Shown: piece after piece, positions 48,493 through 58,678 of the stretch | How the letters are laid out: each line of letters starts with the position of its first letter | How positions within the stretch are numbered: position 1 is the stretch's first letter | Source of the DNA: Pseudomonas aeruginosa PAO1 | GTDB taxonomy: Bacteria > Pseudomonadota > Gammaproteobacteria > Pseudomonadales > Pseudomonadaceae | DNA length: 64,000 nt | Direction: 5' to 3' (one strand) | NCBI RefSeq assembly: GCF_000006765.1 | Contig: NC_002516.2 | Notes under the pieces: generated by a model | Database searches by the model: none | Told to the model about the DNA's origin: nothing | Seen by the model: only the letters and a program-made list of their open reading frames with translations | Translations under genes and position numbers: made by a program

Positions 48493-49044
48493 ATGACCAG
48501 AACTTCGAACCCATGCGCAGTGGTATTGGCCTTTGCGGCAATTGCCGCTTCGGGAACCGCGATGGCGGCAAACACTATCACATTCAGCGGCGAAGTGACC
48601 GACCAGACCTGCCAGGTCGCGGTCAACGGCTTCACCGACCCCACGGTGATCCTCGACAGCGTACCGGTGAGCGCCCTCGATGGCGCAGTGGGCCGCAGCG
48701 CCGGCGAAACCGCCTTCACCCTGCAACTCACCGATTGCGTCGCGCCGACGGCCGACGAGCATTTCACCACCCTGTTCCAGGCCACCAACCCCAGCGCCGC
48801 CGGGAACCTGGTGAACACCGCCGCCAGCGGCGCGACGGGCGTGGCGCTGCAATTGCTCGATAGCGTCGGCGGCAACCCGGTCGACCTGGCCGGCGGCGCG
48901 GCGGTGCCCGCCGGCGACATCGTGCTCGCCAACGGAGCCACCAGCACCAGCTACGACTACGCGGTGCAGTACGTCTCCGAAGCGGCGACCGTGACGCCCG
49001 GTCCGGTACTCGGCGTCGTGACCTACACGCTGCGTTACGAGTGA
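48493..49044 (+). CDS. cupA1: Chaperone-usher fimbrial major subunit
   Basis: Signal peptide, ITFSGEVTDQTC, two Cys, penultimate Tyr (TLRYE). Confidence 0.93.
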   Translation: MTRTSNPCAVVLAFAAIAASGTAMAANTITFSGEVTDQTCQVAVNGFTDPTVILDSVPVSALDGAVGRSAGETAFTLQLTDCVAPTADEHFTTLFQATNPSAAGNLVNTAASGATGVALQLLDSVGGNPVDLAGGAAVPAGDIVLANGATSTSYDYAVQYVSEAATVTPGPVLGVVTYTLRYE

Positions 49045-49131
49045 ATGCCGGCGGCGCATGCGCCGCCCCTTCCTTTTCCCAGCACTAAAGCCGGGCCCGG
49101 TCGCTGGACCGTGCCCGGCCAGGTAAGCCGC

Positions 49132-49878
49132 ATGCCCAGACATTCGTACCGATCCGGCAGGACATCGGCGCTTCTGCTCGTCCTGCTGGCGAGCATCGCC
49201 CAGGCGCGGGCAAGCGTGGTGGTGACCGGGACCCGGGTGATCTATCCCGGCGAGGCACGGGAGAAGACCGTGCAACTGAGCAATCGCGATGCGTTTCCCA
49301 ACGTCGTCCAGGCCTGGGTCGACATCGACGCCCCGGACGCGCCGCCGGACCAGGCGGACGCGCCGTTCCTGGTCAACCCGGCGGTATTCCGCATGGCCCC
49401 GGACAGCGGCCAGACGCTGCGCATCGTCTACACCGGGCAGGGCCTGCCGGGCGATCGCGAATCGCTGTTCCATCTCAACGTCCTGCAGATCCCGCCACGC
49501 AACAGCAGCCATGCGGATCGGAACCAGATGCTGCTGATGCTGCGCAATCGCCTGAAGCTGTTCTACCGCCCGGCGGGCATCCAGGGCCGTCCCGAGGACC
49601 TGCCCGGGCAACTGCGTTTCGCACTGGTCCGGCGCAGCGCCGGCTGGGCGGTGCGGGTGGACAACCCGAGCGGCTACTACGCCTCGTTCGCCAGCGCCAC
49701 GCTCAGCGTCGGCCAGCGCCGCTGGCGCTTGCGCAGCGGCATGCTGGAGCCGCGCAGCCATGCCGAATGGCAGGCCGAAACCCGAGAAGCCCTGCCGCCG
49801 GGACGCGTGCGCCTGCACGCGCTGCTGATCAACGACTACGGCGCCCATATGGATATCCGTCATGACCTATCGCCATGA
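49132..49878 (+). CDS. cupA2: Fimbrial chaperone
   Basis: GTRVIYP, VQAWVD, DRESLFHLNVLQIPP, RLKLFYRP, NPSGYY. Confidence 0.93.
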   Translation: MPRHSYRSGRTSALLLVLLASIAQARASVVVTGTRVIYPGEAREKTVQLSNRDAFPNVVQAWVDIDAPDAPPDQADAPFLVNPAVFRMAPDSGQTLRIVYTGQGLPGDRESLFHLNVLQIPPRNSSHADRNQMLLMLRNRLKLFYRPAGIQGRPEDLPGQLRFALVRRSAGWAVRVDNPSGYYASFASATLSVGQRRWRLRSGMLEPRSHAEWQAETREALPPGRVRLHALLINDYGAHMDIRHDLSP

Positions 49879-52480
49879 ACGCCGCTGCCGCACCGGCACG
49901 GCCCTGATGGCGGGCGGCATGGCGCTGGCGGCGAGCGCCTTCGGTCATGCCCAGCCCGGCTACGAATTCGATGATCGCCTGTTGCTCGGCTCTTCCCTGG
50001 GCGGCGGCGACCTGTCGCGCTTCAACCAGGACGGTCGGATCGATCCGGGTCGCTATCACGTCGATGTCTACCTCAACGAGCGCTTCGCCAGCCGCAGCGA
50101 AGTGAGTTTCCGCGCCAACCCCGCCAGCGGCGCGGTGGAGCCCTGCCTCGACGAAGACTTCCTGCGCCAGCGCCTCGGCGCCAAGCCTGGTGACGATCCG
50201 CGCAAGAGCGGCGACGGGCGCCACTGCGCCTTTCTCGGTGCACGCCTGCCCGGCTCGCGGTTCAGCCTGGACGTCGCCCGCCTGCGCCTGGATCTCTCGG
50301 TGCCGCAAGCCTTGCTCGACCTCAAGCCGCGCGGCTACGTCAGCCCCGAGGAGTGGGACGCCGGCGACAGCATGGGCTTCGTCAACTACGACACCAACCT
50401 CTATCGCTCCGAATACCGCGGCGGCGAATCGGGACGATCGGACTACGCCTATGTCGGCCTGAACAGCGGCATCAACCTCGGCCTGTGGCGTTTGCGCCAC
50501 CAGTCCAACTACACCTATTCCCGCTACAACGGGCAGGCCAGGCGCAAGTGGAACAGCATCCGCACCTATGCCCAGCGCGCCTTGCCGGCCTGGCGCAGCG
50601 AACTGACGGCGGGGGAGAGCTACACCGCCGGCAACCTGCTCGGCAGCATCGGCTACCGCGGCCTGAGCCTGGCTACCGACGACCGCATGCTGCCCGAGTC
50701 CCTGCGCCGCTATGCGCCGCAGGTGCGCGGCACCGCGGCCACCGCGGCGCGGGTGGTGATCAGCCAGAACGGCAGGAAGATCCGCGAGGTGAATGTCGCC
50801 CCCGGTCCGTTCGTCATCGACGATCTCTACGACAGCGCCTATGCCGGCGATCTGGATGTCCAGGTGTTCGAAGCCGATGGCAGCGTATCGAGCTTCAGCG
50901 TGCCGTTCGCCTCGGTCCCGGAGTCCATGCGTCCCGGCCTGTCGCGCTACAGCTTCACCCTGGGCCAGGCGCGCCAGTATGGCGACGGCGACGACCTGTT
51001 CGCCGACTTCACCTACCAGCGCGGCATGAGCAACGCCCTGACCGCCAACCTGGGACTGCGTGTCGCCGACGACTACCTGGCCATGCTGGGCGGCGGCGTC
51101 CTCGCCACCCGCTTCGGCGCCTTCGGCCTGAACAGCACCTATTCCAGCGCACGCGTCGAGGATGGCGCGCGCAAGCAGGGCTGGCGCATCGGGCTCGACT
51201 ACAGCCGGACCTTCCAGCCCACCGGCACTACCCTGACCCTGGCCGGCTACCGCTATTCCACCGAAGGCTACCGCGAACTCGGCGACGTGCTCGGCTCGCG
51301 CGACGCACTGCGCCACGGGGACACCTGGGATTCCGGCAGCTACAAGCAGCGCAACCAGTTCAACCTGCTGGTGAGCCAGGCCCTCGGCGGTTACGGCAAC
51401 CTCTATCTTTCCGGCTCCTCCAGCGATTTCTACGACGGCAAGAGCCGCGACACCCAATTGCAGTTCGGCTACTCCAATACCTGGGGGCAGTTGAGCTACA
51501 ACCTCGCCTGGTCGCGGCAGACCACCACCTACTACCAGGAGCAGGGCGACCAGGACCCTGGCGTCGAGCTGCTCCGGCGCGACCGGCGCAGCGGCCAGCG
51601 CAACGACACCCTGACCCTCAGCGTCTCCATGCCGCTGGGTTCTTCCAGTCGGGCGCCGACGCTCAGCGCCATGGCTACCCGGCGCTCCGGCGACAGCCGT
51701 GGCGGCAGCCTGCAAACCGGGCTGAACGGTACGCTGGGCGACGAGCGTACCTGGAGCTACGCGCTGTCCGCCAACCGCGACAGCGAGGTCGCCGACACCA
51801 CCTGGAACGGCACGTTGCAGAAGCAGGCGGCGCTGGCCACCGTGAATGCCGGCTATGCCCAGGGCGATCGCTACCGGCAATACAGCGGCGGCATCCGTGG
51901 CGCGCTGGTCGCCCACCGCGACGGGCTGACCCTTGGCCCCAGCGTCGGCGATACCTTCGCCCTGGTCGAGGCCAAGGGCGCCAGCGGTGCCGCGATACGC
52001 GGCGGGCAGGGCGCGCGCATCGACGGCAACGGCTATGCGCTGGCCCCCTCGCTGTCGCCCTATCGCTACAACCCGATCTCACTCGATCCCGTTGGCATCG
52101 ATCCCGACGCCGAACTGCTGGAAACCGAGCGCAAGGTCGCGCCCTACGCCGGTGCCAGCGTGCGCGTGACGTTCAGGACGCTGACCGGCCATCCGCTGCT
52201 GATCCAGGCGCGGCGCGAGGACGGCAGTGTGCTGCCGCTCGGCGCCGTGGTGGTCGACGACGGCGGGGCGGCCATCGGCATGGTCGGGCAGGGCGGCCAG
52301 GTCTATGCGCGCGCGGAAAACCAGCGGGGCAGGTTGCTGGTGCAATGGGGAACGGCGCGCAAGGAGCGTTGCGAGTTGCCCTACGACCTGGCCGGTGTGT
52401 CTCGCGACCAGGCGCTGATCCGCCTGCGCGGCACCTGCCGGGCAGCCACCACCGACTCCAACCTGGAGAACGCCAGATGA
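49862..52480 (+). CDS. cupA3: Fimbrial usher
   Basis: PGRYHVDVYLN, LDLSVPQ, GINLGLWRLR, DDRMLP, VAPGPFVIDDL, GMVGQGGQVY. Confidence 0.95.
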   Translation: MTYRHERRCRTGTALMAGGMALAASAFGHAQPGYEFDDRLLLGSSLGGGDLSRFNQDGRIDPGRYHVDVYLNERFASRSEVSFRANPASGAVEPCLDEDFLRQRLGAKPGDDPRKSGDGRHCAFLGARLPGSRFSLDVARLRLDLSVPQALLDLKPRGYVSPEEWDAGDSMGFVNYDTNLYRSEYRGGESGRSDYAYVGLNSGINLGLWRLRHQSNYTYSRYNGQARRKWNSIRTYAQRALPAWRSELTAGESYTAGNLLGSIGYRGLSLATDDRMLPESLRRYAPQVRGTAATAARVVISQNGRKIREVNVAPGPFVIDDLYDSAYAGDLDVQVFEADGSVSSFSVPFASVPESMRPGLSRYSFTLGQARQYGDGDDLFADFTYQRGMSNALTANLGLRVADDYLAMLGGGVLATRFGAFGLNSTYSSARVEDGARKQGWRIGLDYSRTFQPTGTTLTLAGYRYSTEGYRELGDVLGSRDALRHGDTWDSGSYKQRNQFNLLVSQALGGYGNLYLSGSSSDFYDGKSRDTQLQFGYSNTWGQLSYNLAWSRQTTTYYQEQGDQDPGVELLRRDRRSGQRNDTLTLSVSMPLGSSSRAPTLSAMATRRSGDSRGGSLQTGLNGTLGDERTWSYALSANRDSEVADTTWNGTLQKQAALATVNAGYAQGDRYRQYSGGIRGALVAHRDGLTLGPSVGDTFALVEAKGASGAAIRGGQGARIDGNGYALAPSLSPYRYNPISLDPVGIDPDAELLETERKVAPYAGASVRVTFRTLTGHPLLIQARREDGSVLPLGAVVVDDGGAAIGMVGQGGQVYARAENQRGRLLVQWGTARKERCELPYDLAGVSRDQALIRLRGTCRAATTDSNLENAR

Positions 52481-53838
52481 ACCGCACGCTTCCCCTGCTG
52501 CCCGCGCTGGCCCTCGGCGTGTTGCTGGGGCTTCCCGCCAGTGGCCAGGCGACTTGCTACCGGGTCACCTCGGTAGGCAGCGAGACGACCACCTCGAACA
52601 CCCAGATCCGCCCAGGCGAAGGTACCGCCGGCAGCTGGACCGGCGCCTGCGACACCTGCAATGGCTCGCTCGGCCTGCCCAGCGTGGTCAACGTCAGCGA
52701 CGAGAGTTTCCAGCCCTATCCGACGCTCATCGCCAGCGCGGTGGCGCCGCTGACCCAGTACGGCGCCACCGGCGGCTACGACCCCGAACGGGTGTTCTTC
52801 CGCTGTAGCGCCGGGGACGCCGTCTACGAGATGTTTTCTACCAACGGCGACGATCTCTATAGCGGCTACTACACCGGCGCCGATACGGTGGGCAACGACA
52901 TCGGCCTGCAGGATGCCTACCGGACCGCCTGGCCCAACGTGCTGCTGCGCCTGACCAACGTCGAGACGGGGGAAACCATCACGCCGATCTGGAAGGAGCG
53001 CCAGCTCTCCGGGCTGGACATAGACTCGCGCGGCTTCCAGCTGGTCAAGGCGAAGAACCTCGCAGCGGTACGCGCCGAGCTGTACAGCGCGCCGCTGGAG
53101 GCGATCCGCTACTACTCGCCGACGATCCTCTCGCAGCCCTATTCCTACACCCAGCCGGCGGCCTACATCGCCATCAAGGGGCCGGGCCTGACCGCGCCGA
53201 CCGTCGGCCAGGCGCACGTGGGCGGCAACTGGGGCGGCTGGTACAGCAACTGGCCGGGTGCCATCGGGCTGTACCGCTACGTGACCCTGAAACGCTATCC
53301 CACCTGCGCGGTGATGACGGTCACCCCGCACGTGCAGTTCCCGTCCATCACCCTGGCCGAGATCGATAGCGGCGGCGTGCGCGAGGCGCCCTTCGAACTC
53401 ACCTTCAAGTGCCAGAGCGGCATGACCAACGGCACCGGGGCCGGCGCCACGGCGCTGGGCATCCGCGTGTCCAGCGGGGCCCTGGCGGCCAGCCCGGCGC
53501 TGGGCCTGGTCAACGCCAGTGGCGGACTGTCCTACCTGCTCTCCGACCGTTATGGGGAGCCGGGCATTGCCCGTGGGGTCGGCATCCGCATCTACCGCGA
53601 CGGCACGCCGATGACGCTCCTGGCCAACGAGAACTCCGCCGGCGGCAGCAACGCCGAGGCCACCGGCTGGTACCCCGCCATCGGTGGCGCGACCCAGGCC
53701 AACGGCGGTAGCGGCGGCATCGACCTGTACCGCGAAACCTTCCGCGCGCGCCTGGAGAAACTCGCGCTCGGCAGCCAGCCCGGCGTCACGGCGGGGCGAG
53801 TCGAGGCCACGGCGCAGGTGGTTATCCGTGTCCAGTAG
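52477..53838 (+). CDS. cupA4: Fimbrial tip adhesin
   Basis: Signal peptide, large N-domain plus pilin C-domain (C..VTPHVQF, ATAQVVIRVQ); ATGA overlap. Confidence 0.88.
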   Translation: MNRTLPLLPALALGVLLGLPASGQATCYRVTSVGSETTTSNTQIRPGEGTAGSWTGACDTCNGSLGLPSVVNVSDESFQPYPTLIASAVAPLTQYGATGGYDPERVFFRCSAGDAVYEMFSTNGDDLYSGYYTGADTVGNDIGLQDAYRTAWPNVLLRLTNVETGETITPIWKERQLSGLDIDSRGFQLVKAKNLAAVRAELYSAPLEAIRYYSPTILSQPYSYTQPAAYIAIKGPGLTAPTVGQAHVGGNWGGWYSNWPGAIGLYRYVTLKRYPTCAVMTVTPHVQFPSITLAEIDSGGVREAPFELTFKCQSGMTNGTGAGATALGIRVSSGALAASPALGLVNASGGLSYLLSDRYGEPGIARGVGIRIYRDGTPMTLLANENSAGGSNAEATGWYPAIGGATQANGGSGGIDLYRETFRARLEKLALGSQPGVTAGRVEATAQVVIRVQ

Positions 53839-54541
53839 GCGCGCGCTCGCGCTGCTGGCCATGCTTTGCCTCGCGCCGACGAGCGAGGCCGGAGTGACCG
53901 CGGAGCGCACCCGCCTGGTGTTCGTGGAGGGCCAGCGCGAGGCCTCGTTGCTGCTGGTCAACCAGAATCCCTACCCGGTGCTGGTGCAGGCGTGGGTCGA
54001 TGACGGCGCCCTCGACGGCGAACCGGATACCGCGCTGGCTCCGTTCCTGCCGCTGCCGCCCGTATTCCGCCTGGAGCCGGGACGCCAGCGCAGCCTGCGC
54101 CTGCTGGCTACCGGCCAGGCCCAGGCACGGGATCGCGAATCGCTGTACTGGCTGAACATCTACGAGATCCCCCCGCAAGCCACCGCCGAGGCCGCTGGCC
54201 GGCCCCGGCTCACGGTCACCCTGCGAACCCAGATGAAGGTGCTGTACCGCCCGCACGGCCTGCATCCGCACGCCGAGGACGCGGCCGCCGAACTGGGCTT
54301 CGCGCTGCGCGACGAGACCCTGCGGGTGGACAACCCGACGCCGTACTTCGTGTCCCTGGCGGGGCTGGCGCTGGAGATAGGGGAGACGCGCCTGGATCTG
54401 CCCGGAACGCTGCTGGCTCCGCGCTCGCAACGACGCCTCGGCCTGCCGCGGCGGGTGGACGGCGGGACGCGCGGCGAGGTGGCGTTCGACTGGATCGACG
54501 ACAACGGCGTCAGCCGCCAGGAAAGGAAAGCTCTACAGTGA
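53828..54541 (+). CDS. cupA5: Second fimbrial chaperone
   Basis: RTRLVF, LVQAWVD, DRESLYWLNIYEIPP, QMKVLYRP, NPTPYF. Confidence 0.92.
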   Translation: MSSRRALALLAMLCLAPTSEAGVTAERTRLVFVEGQREASLLLVNQNPYPVLVQAWVDDGALDGEPDTALAPFLPLPPVFRLEPGRQRSLRLLATGQAQARDRESLYWLNIYEIPPQATAEAAGRPRLTVTLRTQMKVLYRPHGLHPHAEDAAAELGFALRDETLRVDNPTPYFVSLAGLALEIGETRLDLPGTLLAPRSQRRLGLPRRVDGGTRGEVAFDWIDDNGVSRQERKALQ

Positions 54542-55395
54542 ACGGTTCCCCACAGGCTCGCCAGCACGAGCACCCACCGGCCGTTGCCGCCTCCCTGGCC
54601 GGCGACCTGCGCCTCGCCCGGCGTTTCCAGGCCGCCCTGGCGCGCGGTCGGGTGCGCCTGGACTGGCAGGCCGTACGGCATGCCGGGCATCCGGAATGGG
54701 AGCCGCTCTACCGGGAAACCCTGCTCAGGGTTACGGCCGCCAGCGGCGAGCCGCCGTTGCCGACCCAGGAACTGATCCTGGCGCTGGAGCGGCTCGGCCT
54801 GGTACGCCTGCTCGATCGCTGCGTGCTGGGCACGGTCCTCGACCGGCTGAACGCCGAGCCTACCTTGCGCCTGGCCTGCAACCTGTCGCGCCAGAGCGCG
54901 GCGATGGATGCCTGGTGGGAAGCGGTCTGCCGATGGCTGGCCGCCCGTCCGCAGGTGGCACGGAGGCTGACGCTGGAGCTGACCGAGACCGCCGTGGGCG
55001 AGAGAGTCGCGACCCGGGAGTTCATCCGACGCCTGCGCGAACATGGCGTGCGCATCGCGATAGACGACTTCGGCGCGGCGCACAACAACCTGGACTTCGT
55101 TCTCGATGCCCGTCCCGATGTGATCAAGATCGATTGCCGGTATACCCGCGAAGCACGTCGCTCGGCGAAGGGCGCCGAAGTGCTGCGCCATCTGCTGGCC
55201 CTGTGCCGCGAACTGGCGCCCTGCGTGGTCCTGGAAGGTCTCGAGGAGGACGATGCGTTCGCCCGGCTGCCGACCGGGGACGTCTATCTCCAGGGCAACG
55301 CGATCGCGCCGCCGATGCGGGTCGAACCGCCGCTGTCCGTACGCCGGCCGAAGAGCCGGGCGCGGATCGAGGCGCTGGCGAGCCGCCAGGGGTGA
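54538..55395 (+). CDS. Stand-alone EAL-domain protein (c-di-GMP phosphodiesterase family)
   Basis: ETLLR, NLS, ELTE, IDDFG, IKID, EGLE, QG. Confidence 0.88.
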   Translation: MNGSPQARQHEHPPAVAASLAGDLRLARRFQAALARGRVRLDWQAVRHAGHPEWEPLYRETLLRVTAASGEPPLPTQELILALERLGLVRLLDRCVLGTVLDRLNAEPTLRLACNLSRQSAAMDAWWEAVCRWLAARPQVARRLTLELTETAVGERVATREFIRRLREHGVRIAIDDFGAAHNNLDFVLDARPDVIKIDCRYTREARRSAKGAEVLRHLLALCRELAPCVVLEGLEEDDAFARLPTGDVYLQGNAIAPPMRVEPPLSVRRPKSRARIEALASRQG

Positions 55396-55436
55396 CCGGG
55401 GAGGGCGCCCGGCCTGGCACGGTCGGCGAAAAATCT

Positions 55437-55463
55437 GAACGGTCGGCCGGCGGCGCCGTCACA
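55437..55463 (+). promoter_or_regulatory. Candidate AlgU/sigmaE-type promoter
   Basis: GAACGG-N16-TCACA preceded by an A-tract. Confidence 0.45.
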
Positions 55464-55535
55464 GCAGCGACGATGCCGAGGTGCGTTGTGCCGAAGTCCC
55501 GGCATTTTTTCCCTGTCACGCCAACGGAGTCGACC

Positions 55536-56060
55536 ATGAACAGAGCAATCAGCCTTCCCCTCAAGGGAGCCGCCTGGCTCCTGCTGGTCCTGGCCCTGCC
55601 TTTCGCCAACGCCCAGGACATGAACAAGACCGCGCCACAGACCTTCGTCAGCGAGGCCTCGGCGGCCGGCGTAGCGGAAATCGAAGCCGGCAAGATGGCG
55701 CTGGAAAAGAGCACCGCCGCCGATGTGAAGGTATTCGCCAAGCAGATGATCGACGACCACGGCAAGGTCAACGCCGAACTGCGCAGCCTGGCCGAGCGCA
55801 AGAAACTGGAGGTCGAAGACGACGCCAGCCTGACCGACAAGGCCAAGGCGACCCTGCTCGACCTGCGCGACGCCTCCTTCGACCCGGCCTACGCCAATAA
55901 CCAGGTGGCGGCTCACGAAAAAGCCGTGGAACTGTTCACCCAGGCCGCGGACAACCTGACCGACCCGGAACTGCAGGCATTCGCCAAGACCCATCTGCCG
56001 GCCCTGAAGCATCACCTGGAGATGGCCCGCGCGCTGGCCAAGGCGCACCCATCCAAGTAA
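55536..56060 (+). CDS. DUF4142-family exported protein
   Basis: Signal peptide; FVSEAS...EIEAGKMA...FAKQMIDDH...NNQVAAHEKAV...HHLEMA. Confidence 0.85.
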   Translation: MNRAISLPLKGAAWLLLVLALPFANAQDMNKTAPQTFVSEASAAGVAEIEAGKMALEKSTAADVKVFAKQMIDDHGKVNAELRSLAERKKLEVEDDASLTDKAKATLLDLRDASFDPAYANNQVAAHEKAVELFTQAADNLTDPELQAFAKTHLPALKHHLEMARALAKAHPSK

Positions 56061-56088
56061 CGCCCCCGCGGGCGGAGCCTGGCCAGGC

Positions 56089-57453
56089 ATGAGTTTCAGC
56101 CTGTGGTTGCTGGTACTGGGCTGCATCCTGCTGACGCTCGGCCTGGCTTCGGCCTACCTGCGCCTGCTGCCGGTCAGCACGTCGTTCATCTACCTGCTGT
56201 TCGGCCTGGCCATCGGCCCGGCCGGGCTGCACGCCTGGCGCAGCGGCCTGGCGGACATCAGCGGCTGGTTCGAACACCTCAGCGAGGCGGCGTTGCTGAT
56301 CTCGCTGTTCATCGGCGGCCTCAAGCTGCGCCTGCCGTTGCGCTCGCCGGCCTGGACCGCTGCCTGGCTGCTGGCCGGACCAGTCCTGCTCGGCTGTATC
56401 CTCGGCCTTACCCTGGGCGCGCATTTCCTGTTCGGCCTGGACTGGGGGCTGGCCTTGCTGGTCGCGGCGATCCTCGCGCCCACCGATCCGGTGCTGGCCA
56501 GCGACATCCAGGTCAACCACGCCGGCGACGACGACCGCCTGCGCTACGCCGTATCCGGCGAGGCGGGACTCAACGACGGCATCGCCTTTCCCTTCGTCAT
56601 CGCCGCCCTGCTGCTGATCGGTCAGGGCGGCGGCCTGCCCGGGGAGTTCGACCGCAGCGGCCTGGACTGGCTGCTGCGCGACGTGCTCTGGGCGATTCCG
56701 CTCGGCCTGCTGGTGGGCTATTGCCTGGGCCATGGTCTCGGCCGCCTGGCCATCCACCTGCGGGCGCGGCACACCGACACCTCGGTGTCGGCCAACGACT
56801 TCCTCGCCCTGGCGCTGATCGCGCTGTCCTATGTCGGCGCCGACGCACTGGGCGGCTGGGGCTTCCTCGCCAGCTTCGCCGCCGGGATCGGCCTGCGCCA
56901 CGCCGAGGTGGCGACGCTGGGGCGCGCCTCGGCACCGGCCGAGGCGCAGGCGGCCGCCGCCGACGTGCGCGAGGCAGGGCAGGCCAGCGGCGCCATCGAG
57001 TACGGCGCCGACCGCAGCGAACACCCGAAGGTGGCGGCCGGCGCGGTGATGCTCGACGTGCTCTCCTTCGGCAACCTGCTGGAGCGCTCGCTGGAAGTGC
57101 TGCTGGTGACCCTGCTCGGCGCCATGCTCTACCAGCACTGGGACTGGCGCGCGCTGCCGCTGGCGCTGCTGCTGTTCTGCGTGTGCCGGCCGGCGATGGT
57201 CTGGCTGCTGGTCGGCCGGCGGCTGATGCACCCGGCGCAGCGGCGCCTGCTCGGCTGGTTCGGCATCCGCGGCATCGGCAGCCTGTACTACCTCAGCTAC
57301 GCGCTGAACCAGGGGCTGCCTACGGCGCTCGCGCATACCGCCAGCGACCTGGTGCTGAGCCTCGTCGCCCTGAGCATCTGCGTGCACGGCCTGAGCATCC
57401 AGCCGCTGCTGATGCGCCACGCGCGCAGCGTCAGTCGCCGCGATCGGGAATGA
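56089..57453 (+). CDS. CPA1 cation:proton antiporter (NhaP-like)
   Basis: APTDPVLA, SGEAGLNDG, WFGIRGIGSLYY. Confidence 0.9.
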   Translation: MSFSLWLLVLGCILLTLGLASAYLRLLPVSTSFIYLLFGLAIGPAGLHAWRSGLADISGWFEHLSEAALLISLFIGGLKLRLPLRSPAWTAAWLLAGPVLLGCILGLTLGAHFLFGLDWGLALLVAAILAPTDPVLASDIQVNHAGDDDRLRYAVSGEAGLNDGIAFPFVIAALLLIGQGGGLPGEFDRSGLDWLLRDVLWAIPLGLLVGYCLGHGLGRLAIHLRARHTDTSVSANDFLALALIALSYVGADALGGWGFLASFAAGIGLRHAEVATLGRASAPAEAQAAAADVREAGQASGAIEYGADRSEHPKVAAGAVMLDVLSFGNLLERSLEVLLVTLLGAMLYQHWDWRALPLALLLFCVCRPAMVWLLVGRRLMHPAQRRLLGWFGIRGIGSLYYLSYALNQGLPTALAHTASDLVLSLVALSICVHGLSIQPLLMRHARSVSRRDRE

Positions 57454-57880
57454 TCGAGATCTTGCCGTTCTTCTCGAGGATGGCGAAGCGGATCTGCTCC
57501 ATGCGTTCCAGGCCCTGGGTCTCGCGGGCGGCCAGGAGAATGTCTTCCTCGCGCAGGCGGGCCTCGGCCAGGCGTGCGTGCAATGGCCTGCCGTACTCGA
57601 CGATGAGCGTCGGTGAGCCCTCGATCAGGGTGTCGAGCTTCGGATGGCGCAGCTTGAGCAGGGACAGACCGACGTCGATGACGATCAGGGTGATGATCAC
57701 CAGTACCGCGTTGACCAGCGAGAAGTCGTCGCCCAGCAGCGCCTGCTGGGTGGCTTCGCCGATGATCATCAGCAGCAGCAGGTCGAAGGTGGTGATGTCG
57801 GTCAGTGAACGCCGCCCGGCGATGCGGAAGAGTACCAGCAGGACCAGGTAGAGCGCGGCGGCTCGCAGTATGGAATCCAT
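57431..57880 (-). CDS. DUF421/YetF-family membrane protein
   Basis: GRRSL..ITTFDLLLL, EGSPTLIV, AILEKNGKISII. Confidence 0.85.
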   Translation of the reverse strand: MDSILRAAALYLVLLVLFRIAGRRSLTDITTFDLLLLMIIGEATQQALLGDDFSLVNAVLVIITLIVIDVGLSLLKLRHPKLDTLIEGSPTLIVEYGRPLHARLAEARLREEDILLAARETQGLERMEQIRFAILEKNGKISIIPDRGD

Positions 57881-57905
57881 CGTGCGCCTCCTCGGAACGG
57901 ATGAC

Positions 57906-58430
57906 TCAGGGGTAGATGAACTGGTCGAAGGCCAGGCTCTCGCCGGCGAACTCCAGTCGACTGGCGACTTCGCCGAGCTGGTTCGGCAACAACGTCAGGA
58001 ACAGGCTCAGGCGACCGTCTTCGTCGAGCCTTCCCTCCAGTTCCAGGCCACCCCGCCAGCTGTGACTGCGCAGTGGTTGCGGTTGCAGGCTCTGGATGCT
58101 GTGCGCCTGTAGCAGTCCGCCGCCCAGGCGCACGCCAACTTCGGTGCCCGGCGCGCCGCGCAGATCGATGCGCAGGCGGCTGGCGGCGCCGCTGCGTTCG
58201 AAACGCTCGTAGGCCAGGGTCAGCCTGCCGCTGTCGCTGACCAGCGTCCGCGAACTCAGAGGCCCGCCGGCGAACACCCCGGTCAGCGCCAGGAGGATCA
58301 CCCCGAGCAGGACCCACAGGCCCGCCCGTTCGAAACGCCAGGCGCGGCGCTGGCTTTCCAGGCGCTCCGGGATCGGATACTCGCGCTGGTCGAACGCATC
58401 GTCTGCGGCGTCTTCTGGGGCAGGGCGCAT
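57906..58430 (-). CDS. Conserved hypothetical membrane protein, usual partner of DUF421
   Basis: One TM segment, YERFER, ends QFIYP; coupled to the DUF421 gene. Confidence 0.7.
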   Translation of the reverse strand: MRPAPEDAADDAFDQREYPIPERLESQRRAWRFERAGLWVLLGVILLALTGVFAGGPLSSRTLVSDSGRLTLAYERFERSGAASRLRIDLRGAPGTEVGVRLGGGLLQAHSIQSLQPQPLRSHSWRGGLELEGRLDEDGRLSLFLTLLPNQLGEVASRLEFAGESLAFDQFIYP

Positions 58431-58678
58431 GGCTGGCTCCTTCGCTCGCGGTCTCTCAGGCTGGACCCCGGTCGACGTGGTTGGTGCCGGCGGGCTTACC
58501 AGCGGTCCGCGCGGGTCGGGCAATCTGCACGATGAACAGGCGCCTTCCGGGCACTCTGCTGATCGCACTTTGCGATCAGTCCGCGCCCAATCGCCGTGGT
58601 CACGCTGCTCCGGCGCAAGCGGGGCGGACGGCGCGAACCTTGCAGCGAAGCCTTCCTGACAATCCGACAGGGAGAACC

